Shown here one piece after another: positions 57,907 through 64,000 of a stretch of DNA of 64,000 nucleotides. The position numbers and the translations under genes were made by a program. This DNA comes from Erysipelotrichaceae bacterium (GTDB lineage Bacteria; Bacillota_I; Bacilli_A; RF39; UBA660). How positions within the stretch are numbered: the first letter of the stretch is position 1; each line of letters begins with the position of its first letter. Under the pieces are notes generated by a model, which saw only the letters and a program-made list of their open reading frames with translations, was not told where the DNA came from and made no database searches. The stretch covers positions 3,959 to 67,958 of the forward strand of contig JALEZJ010000181.1 of NCBI GenBank assembly GCA_022772985.1, in the 5' to 3' direction.

Positions 57907-59817
57907 ATGTCAGATAATATAAATAAGAAAGAATTTCAACAAATTATAAATCATTTTTATCAACAAATGACTCAAGGAGAAAGTGTTCAAGATATTCTAC
58001 TAGATTATGATCACGAAAAATTAAAACAATTAGATCAATACGTTCTTAAAAATTATGAAACATTGAATCTGATTCACATTGAACGATGTGTTTCATATCG
58101 AAAAAAAATTATCTTAGAAACGACAGTTGGAATATTTCTACTAGATAAGCCAATGGATTTAAATAGCAAAAAACGTATGGAATCATTAAATCATGATAAT
58201 CTAAATATCCTAGAATTTTATGGAATAATATCCAATAATGATTTTGGTTTTTCTCTACCTAAGTATGATACTAAAATAAAGATTAGAAAAAATTATTATA
58301 AACAAGATTTTCTAGCCTCAAAAAATATAATCACTGATTTTTTAATAGCATATTTTCATTGCAGAATGATACAAGAATCAGAAAAGCAAAAACAGTTATT
58401 TATTTCTTTTAATAAAAATAACAGTAATTTTCAAAAAAATAGATCAATTCCATTAGAATGTTTAAATCATCCAAATTATCATGATTTTACTAAAACAAAT
58501 GAAGAATATGCAAAAGAATTACAAAATATATATGATAATTATTATCAGTTTTCTCAAAATCAAGCTTTAATTTTTACATTTATTATTTTTAATCATGATC
58601 TAACAAAAATAGATTATATCAAAAAGAATCTAGAAGAATTTAAAAAGTTTGTTATAAAGAAAGCTAGTAAAAAAATGAATACAAATAAATATATTTATCG
58701 CGTATATGATTATTTAGTTGATTCAGGCATTAGAAATCTATTCACCAAAGAAGATTTACAGAAGATGTATCAGATGAATGTTTCTTATTGGAATAAAGAT
58801 AAAAGCTTTTTTAGTGGGATTGCCCATACAATAAAAAATACTAGTCCAATGATTCGTTTAAGTAGAAAAGATGAAAAAAAAGTTCATATACGTTATCTAG
58901 ATTATGATCTATATGAAGAAACACCTGCTAAAATATTAGCTAATGCTGGAAATCAAAAGTTTCTAAATACTTTTTTAATGCATAATAAAACGATAGTAAA
59001 ATTATATCAACGCTATTACAAAAACTATCAAAAAGCAATAGATAAAACACCAGAGAAAGATAATCTATACGATTTTATTCAGTGTATGTTAAGTACGAAT
59101 AATTTACTAAAAATTTATGATAATCCAAATTTTAGTATTCAAGAGGTAAAAGCATTAATTAGTTTTGGCACCTATTATGATAAAAAAACTCAACAAAATA
59201 TTGAGATGGTTCAAGAATTTGGTAGAAGAAGGAGCATAACCATTTATAACACAATCGTAAAGTACCAAAATAATACATTAGAATTAGAAAGTATTTTAAA
59301 TCGTTTAAATTTAAATAAGAATACCATTTATTCTTTCATCATAGAAGACAAATTTTTATTTGCGATTGAAAAAGAAGGCGTATTAAATATCCTAAACGAT
59401 TGTTTTCCAAATTCGATTCGATTATTTGATATACTCTCTATTATAGATGAGGCAAATACTAGAGAAATATCTCTTTACGAAATGTTAAAGGAAAAAGAAA
59501 TATCATCTAGAGTATTTAATGGGCTTAGTGAGAATGTTTGGTTAAGAAATTCAAACACTATAAAAGAAGAATTTGAAAAAAAGAATCAAAAGATAAGAAA
59601 ACGATATTTGAATGCACTAAAAATTGGTTATCAAGTTTTAGATGATCCCACTTTTTCTTCAAAAAAATATGAAGAACAATTCTCAACATATATTGATTTT
59701 TATGAGCTATTATCATATTTAGAAGGAACAGAACTTGAACAGCCATTAATGGAAAAAGCATTTTCTTGGCCAGACGAAAAAAATACTATCTATAAAAAAA
59801 TGAAAAAAAACAAATAA
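57907..59817 (+). CDS. Large hypothetical cytoplasmic protein, no family recognised
   Basis: 636 aa from ATG 57907 (AGGGGGA RBS 6 nt upstream). N/K/Y/F/I-rich with no TM, signal peptide or catalytic motif that I recognise. A terminator hairpin aaatact/agtattt + T-run follows. Confidence 0.7.
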   Translation: MSDNINKKEFQQIINHFYQQMTQGESVQDILLDYDHEKLKQLDQYVLKNYETLNLIHIERCVSYRKKIILETTVGIFLLDKPMDLNSKKRMESLNHDNLNILEFYGIISNNDFGFSLPKYDTKIKIRKNYYKQDFLASKNIITDFLIAYFHCRMIQESEKQKQLFISFNKNNSNFQKNRSIPLECLNHPNYHDFTKTNEEYAKELQNIYDNYYQFSQNQALIFTFIIFNHDLTKIDYIKKNLEEFKKFVIKKASKKMNTNKYIYRVYDYLVDSGIRNLFTKEDLQKMYQMNVSYWNKDKSFFSGIAHTIKNTSPMIRLSRKDEKKVHIRYLDYDLYEETPAKILANAGNQKFLNTFLMHNKTIVKLYQRYYKNYQKAIDKTPEKDNLYDFIQCMLSTNNLLKIYDNPNFSIQEVKALISFGTYYDKKTQQNIEMVQEFGRRRSITIYNTIVKYQNNTLELESILNRLNLNKNTIYSFIIEDKFLFAIEKEGVLNILNDCFPNSIRLFDILSIIDEANTREISLYEMLKEKEISSRVFNGLSENVWLRNSNTIKEEFEKKNQKIRKRYLNALKIGYQVLDDPTFSSKKYEEQFSTYIDFYELLSYLEGTELEQPLMEKAFSWPDEKNTIYKKMKKNK

Positions 59818-59914
59818 AATATTATATTGATTGACGATAGAAATACTAACCAGTTAAAATGGGAGAGTATTTTTTTCTAACAAAAAAATCTATTACAAAA
59901 AAAAGAGTCAATAA

Positions 59915-62026
59915 TTAACTCTCTTTGATATATAATTCATGATGTTTGGAATCAATCATGATTTCACTATTAAATTTAATCTTATCTAGAATAATATTTT
60001 TAGCAATTAAAGTTTCAACATTTCTTTGAACATATCTTTTGATAGGTCTTGCCCCAAAATTTGGATCGTAAGATTCTTCAATAATTTGATTTTTAGCCTC
60101 TTCTGTTAAATGAATTTTAATATTTTTGTCTTTTAGACGAAGTTCAATCTCTTTGATAATTTTATCTAAAATTTCATATACAACTTGTTTTCCTAAAGAG
60201 TGGAAAATAATAATTTCATCAATACGATTAATTAATTCAGGTTTAAAAGTATGACGTAATTCTTCCATAACTAAAGCATGTGCATTTTCTTGATTTTCAA
60301 GGATATATTCACTTCCTAGATTAGAGGTCATAATAATAATAGTATTTTTAAAATCCACAGTTCTTCCTTGACTATCCGTAATTCTACCATCATCTAAAAT
60401 TTGAAGCAAAATATTAAAAACATCCTTATGTGCTTTTTCAATTTCATCAAATAAAACAATAGAGTATGGATTACGTCTAACCGCTTCGGTTAACTGACCA
60501 CCATCATCATAACCAACATATCCTGGAGGAGAACCAATTAATCTAGCAACAGAATGTGGTTCCATATACTCACTCATATCAATACGAACAATATGACGTT
60601 CATCATCAAATAATTCATAAGCTAGCGTTCTAGCGACCTCTGTCTTACCAACACCAGTAGGTCCTAAGAAGATAAAGGAACCAATTGGCCTATTTGGATC
60701 TTTAATACCAGCACGAGCACGAATAATTGCCTCACTAACTAAGTGAATAGCTTCTTCTTGACCCATAACCCTTTTTTTCATATTTTCTTCTAGATTTAAT
60801 AATTTATCACGTTCACTGCCAACTAGTTTTTGAACTGGAATAGCAGTCCATTTAGAAATAATTGTTGCAATAGACTCCTCATCCACCGTATCAGACAAAA
60901 TATCCGATTTATTTTGTTTCATCAATTCTGCTAATTCAGACTCTAACTTTGGTAAAACCCCATGTCTTAATCTAGCAGCGGTTTCTAAATCATAATTATT
61001 CTCAGCCGTTTCTAGCTTGTAATTTGTCTGTTCAATTTCTTCTTTTTTCTTATTAATTAGATTATTAATTTTCTTTTCTTCTTCCCAATTCTTACTAATC
61101 GCATCTTCTTTTTCCTTTAAAGTACTTAATTGTTTGTCTATTTCTATCATTCTGTTTTTAGATAGTTCATCCTTTTCTTTTTTTAAGGCTTCTTTTTCAA
61201 TCTGAAGTCGCATAATTTTTCTAGTTAAAGTATCCAAAGAAGTAGGAACAGATTCCATTTGAACTTTAATAGTAGCACAAGCCTCATCCACAAGATCAAT
61301 AGCTTTATCTGGTAAAAAACGACTTGTAATGTAACGATCAGATAAAGTAGCCGCAGCAATTAAAGCTCTATCTTTAATATTGACTCCATGATATACTTCA
61401 AACCTAGATTTTAATCCTCTTAAAATAGTAATAGTATCCATTACAGTAGGTTCATTGACCTGAACTTTTTGAAATCTTCTCTCTAAAGCACCATCTTTTT
61501 CAATGTATTTTCGATATTCATTTAAGGTAGTAGCACCAATACAATGAATTTCCCCGCGAGCAAGCATTGGTTTTAGCATATTGCCAGTATCCATAGCACC
61601 TTCAGTAGCACCAGAACCCACAATCATATGAATTTCATCAATGAACATAATAATCTTACCGTTAGAGTCTTTTACTTCTTTTAAAACAGCCTTTAATCTC
61701 TCTTCAAATTCACCACGATATTTAGCACCAGCAATTAAAGAACCCATATCTAGTTCCCAAATTGTTTTATCTTTCAAACTATTAGGAACATCTCCTTTAA
61801 TAATACGACTAGCAAGCCCTTCAACGATAGCTGTTTTTCCAACACCAGGTTCTCCAATTAAAACAGGATTATTCTTGGTTTTTCTTGATAAAATTCTAGT
61901 GATATTTCGAATTTCTTCATCACGTCCAATGACTGGATCAACTTTTCCATCTGTGACAGCTTTGGTAATATCACGACCATATTTTTCTAATGGTTTTTCT
62001 TCTTTTTCCGGGTAATTTTGATTCAT
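59915..62026 (-). CDS. clpB: ATP-dependent chaperone ClpB lacking the N-terminal domain
   Basis: Two AAA+ modules ([18 protein letters not shown] Walker A; [15 protein letters not shown] Walker B) flank a long coiled-coil middle domain. The protein starts directly at [22 protein letters not shown], 703 aa versus about 860 for full length. Confidence 0.95.
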   Translation of the reverse strand: MNQNYPEKEEKPLEKYGRDITKAVTDGKVDPVIGRDEEIRNITRILSRKTKNNPVLIGEPGVGKTAIVEGLASRIIKGDVPNSLKDKTIWELDMGSLIAGAKYRGEFEERLKAVLKEVKDSNGKIIMFIDEIHMIVGSGATEGAMDTGNMLKPMLARGEIHCIGATTLNEYRKYIEKDGALERRFQKVQVNEPTVMDTITILRGLKSRFEVYHGVNIKDRALIAAATLSDRYITSRFLPDKAIDLVDEACATIKVQMESVPTSLDTLTRKIMRLQIEKEALKKEKDELSKNRMIEIDKQLSTLKEKEDAISKNWEEEKKINNLINKKKEEIEQTNYKLETAENNYDLETAARLRHGVLPKLESELAELMKQNKSDILSDTVDEESIATIISKWTAIPVQKLVGSERDKLLNLEENMKKRVMGQEEAIHLVSEAIIRARAGIKDPNRPIGSFIFLGPTGVGKTEVARTLAYELFDDERHIVRIDMSEYMEPHSVARLIGSPPGYVGYDDGGQLTEAVRRNPYSIVLFDEIEKAHKDVFNILLQILDDGRITDSQGRTVDFKNTIIIMTSNLGSEYILENQENAHALVMEELRHTFKPELINRIDEIIIFHSLGKQVVYEILDKIIKEIELRLKDKNIKIHLTEEAKNQIIEESYDPNFGARPIKRYVQRNVETLIAKNIILDKIKFNSEIMIDSKHHELYIKES

Positions 62027-62057
62027 ATTTATCCCTTCCTTTCTTTATATACTATAC

Positions 62058-62085
62058 ATTATAGCACTTTTTTAGCAATTGTCAA
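62058..62085 (-). promoter_or_regulatory. Consensus sigma-A promoter of clpB
   Basis: On the minus strand: TTGACA (62085-62080), 16-nt spacer, TATAAT (62063-62058), then an AGGAAGGGA RBS. Confidence 0.7.
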
Positions 62086-62098
62086 TGACGATTGCTAA
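62072..62098. promoter_or_regulatory. CIRCE-like inverted repeat (9-N9-9) overlapping the clpB -35 box; probable HrcA-type operator
   Basis: TTAGCAATT-gtcaatgac-GATTGCTAA shares the geometry and outer TTAGCA/TGCTAA bases of CIRCE (TTAGCACTC-N9-GAGTGCTAA). A third half-site TTAGCAATT lies at 62103-62111. Confidence 0.5.
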
Positions 62099-62126
62099 AA
62101 GGTTAGCAATTTGTTAAAAAAATTAC

Positions 62127-62155
62127 TTGACATAATAGAATTTTAGTGTTAAAAT
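62127..62155 (+). promoter_or_regulatory. Sigma-A type promoter of the sortase operon
   Basis: TTGACA (62127-62132), 17-nt spacer, TGtTAAAAT extended -10 (62147-62155). Confidence 0.6.
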
Positions 62156-62218
62156 AATTAACCAATTCAAAGAGAATAGATAAAAAGAATAAAGAAGCAA
62201 GTAGGCGAGGTGAAAAAG

Positions 62219-62860
62219 ATGGATAAAAGAAATTTAAAAACTAGAATTTTTATTGGTGTTATTTTAGTAGGAATAGGACTCTCTTTTTTAATCAATGATT
62301 TTTTAGTAGAGCGAAGAGAAAGAGTATTTAGTAGTATGAATTTAGAACTTACAGAGTTAATGCTAGCAGATACAAATCAAGAACAGAATGAAGTTTCTAC
62401 TCCAACCGTAACAGCACAAGAAGAAATAACTCCAGAACCACAACCTAGCGATTATGAAACTTATATTGGAATATTAGAAATTCCAAAAATTGGTTTTAGC
62501 AAAGGATTTTACAAAAAAGAATCTTCTCTTAACAACGTGAAGTTTAATCTAAAAATTTTACCTCAATCAAATTATCCAGATGAAGATAAAGGAAATGTAA
62601 TTATCATAGGTCACTCTGGAAATTACAGCAATAGCTATTTTGGAAATTTATATCAATTAGAAACAGGGGATACCGCTAGTATTAGCTATAATAATAAAAA
62701 ATATATTTATAAAATTGTAAACATTTACACAGATATAAAAGATGGAACAGTTACTATTTATCGGGATGAAACAAAAAGTTGTTTAACATTAATAACTTGT
62801 ACCAAAGATGATGAAACAACACAGACTATTTATATATTAGAACGTATCAGTGTAGAATAA
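62219..62860 (+). CDS. Sortase-family transpeptidase
   Basis: N-terminal TM anchor, IIIGHSG (His motif), the catalytic-Cys motif LTLITC and a downstream Arg. ATG 62219 behind a GAGGTGA RBS is preferred to the listed GTG 62210. Confidence 0.85.
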   Translation: MDKRNLKTRIFIGVILVGIGLSFLINDFLVERRERVFSSMNLELTELMLADTNQEQNEVSTPTVTAQEEITPEPQPSDYETYIGILEIPKIGFSKGFYKKESSLNNVKFNLKILPQSNYPDEDKGNVIIIGHSGNYSNSYFGNLYQLETGDTASISYNNKKYIYKIVNIYTDIKDGTVTIYRDETKSCLTLITCTKDDETTQTIYILERISVE

Positions 62861-62879
62861 AATAAAGGAGGTTTTGGTT

Positions 62880-64000
62880 ATGAAATATACAACAATTTTT
62901 GAAAAAATATTATGTCTTTTCAATTTAGTAAGCGAATCTTGGCTATATATTGCTTTTATTGGAATTACAGCCATTTTAATCATTTTATTAGGATTAAAAA
63001 AACTAACTTCTAAGAAATGCTTTCTATTAATGAACCTAGCTTGTGCTTGCTTATTTGGATATATGATTTATCAGTATTTTGATCCATTAAGTAAAATGAC
63101 CGATCAACTAATAGATAATCTATTTACAAGCTTTTATTTTCCATCAGCTTATGCATACTTATTTATATTAATTGTGATGGATGTTGTTACAATAATAGGG
63201 GTATTGAATCCTAGAAAAGAGAAAATTTATAAAACAATTCATGGAACTTTCTTCATTGCCATTAATTTTGTTTTAACACTAGTATTAGAAATGATTGCTA
63301 AAAATAATATTGATATTTTTTCTAAAAAATCATTATTTTCTAATACAGATTTGATTACTTTATTAGAATTTAGTATGAATCTATTTGCTTTGTGGATAAT
63401 TGTTTTAGTAATCATTTATGTTGTAAATATTTTAACAGAACATATGATAATTGCAAAAGAAAATAAGGTTTTAAATACAAAACCTGCAAATACATCTATC
63501 CCAATTCAAAATACTTTAAGCGTTGAGTTAGAACCCGAAAAAAAAGAAAGTATTTCTCTTCCAGAAAAAGAAACTGTTTCTACAACTGCTTTTACTCCTG
63601 ATACTGTAACCAATCATTTTATTCCTACTTTTGTTGATCAAAAAGAAGCTAGTACAATGGACAATATCAAGAACTCTTATATTCAAAATAATTCAAACAC
63701 AATAACAACATCTATGGAAAATCAACCATCACTTGCTCAAACGACAAATAACAATTTCAGTTATCAACCTTCTTATTCTAATGTCAAAACAAATGATACT
63801 GTTTTTGATTTAAGTTCATTTATTCCTAAAAAACAAGATATCCGCCCAATTCAATCATTAAATGACAATCACACAGCTGAAATTTTTGATCAAATATTAA
63901 AAAATGAATTACCATTCATAAAACAAGAGTCTAATTTCCAAAAAGAAGCACCTACTACTACTATTGAACAAGAAAAAGATCATTATACATTAAATGATTA
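62880..64000 (+). CDS. Polytopic membrane protein with a low-complexity C-terminal region; 3' end beyond the window
   Basis: ATG 62880 behind an AAAGGAGG RBS. I translated the frame by hand to base 64000 and it is open. It is not in the ORF track because it has no stop. About five hydrophobic helices precede a T/N/S/Q-rich tail. Confidence 0.6.
   Translation, partial: MKYTTIFEKILCLFNLVSESWLYIAFIGITAILIILLGLKKLTSKKCFLLMNLACACLFGYMIYQYFDPLSKMTDQLIDNLFTSFYFPSAYAYLFILIVMDVVTIIGVLNPRKEKIYKTIHGTFFIAINFVLTLVLEMIAKNNIDIFSKKSLFSNTDLITLLEFSMNLFALWIIVLVIIYVVNILTEHMIIAKENKVLNTKPANTSIPIQNTLSVELEPEKKESISLPEKETVSTTAFTPDTVTNHFIPTFVDQKEASTMDNIKNSYIQNNSNTITTSMENQPSLAQTTNNNFSYQPSYSNVKTNDTVFDLSSFIPKKQDIRPIQSLNDNHTAEIFDQILKNELPFIKQESNFQKEAPTTTIEQEKDHYTLND

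Overview
This is a very AT-rich chromosomal segment of Firmicutes type using the standard genetic code (TAA, TAG and TGA all end ORFs). It holds about 50 tightly packed protein genes, nearly all on the + strand, with AGGAGG/GGTGA-type ribosome-binding sites. Most content is housekeeping. DNA repair and replication: uvsE (5' partial), uvrC, mutL, dnaG, holA, smc, ftsK. Transcription and translation: sigA, gltX, rpsB, tsf, queA, trmK, tRNA-Arg(CCU). NAD metabolism: nadE, pncC and a decayed nadK. One-carbon metabolism: fhs, hemW. c-di-AMP: cdaA-cdaR. Competence: comEA-comEC. Metal and oxidative stress: two Fe/Mn SOD paralogues, a P-type ATPase, a CDF transporter, a CobW-type GTPase. Also present are an M16 peptidase pair, deoD, a clpB lacking the N domain behind a CIRCE-like operator, and a sortase. 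The short SMC, the truncated ClpB, the CIRCE-like box at clpB and the absence of sporulation genes suggest a reduced low-GC lineage such as Erysipelotrichia; this is inference only. No CRISPR array, intact IS element or rRNA was seen. Non-routine items, best first: (1) An ~0.5-0.8 kb ORF-free spacer, helix-rich and GC-enriched by eye, has its own consensus promoter. It sits directly upstream of a stand-alone 4-TM DUF21-like membrane protein (46.3-47.6 kb). This is an OLE/OapA-like arrangement or a new large leader RNA. (2) A diverged, decayed second copy of the comEC 3' end lies 1.4 kb downstream of the intact comEC. Remnants of an XRE repressor and a serine-recombinase tail lie between the two copies, along with one intact cargo ORF. 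This is the signature of an old integrative element that targeted comEC. (3) A 636-aa orphan protein occupies the position after tsf where pyrH-frr normally sit. (4) A perfect 19-bp inverted repeat pair lies 12 kb apart in two unusually long spacers. Smaller oddities include ribosomal protein S2 with a Rho_N-like tail, a catalytically degenerate amidase-LysM protein, a nadK pseudogene and an in-frame stop in a membrane-protein gene. All family assignments are by-eye motif recognition; no searches were run.
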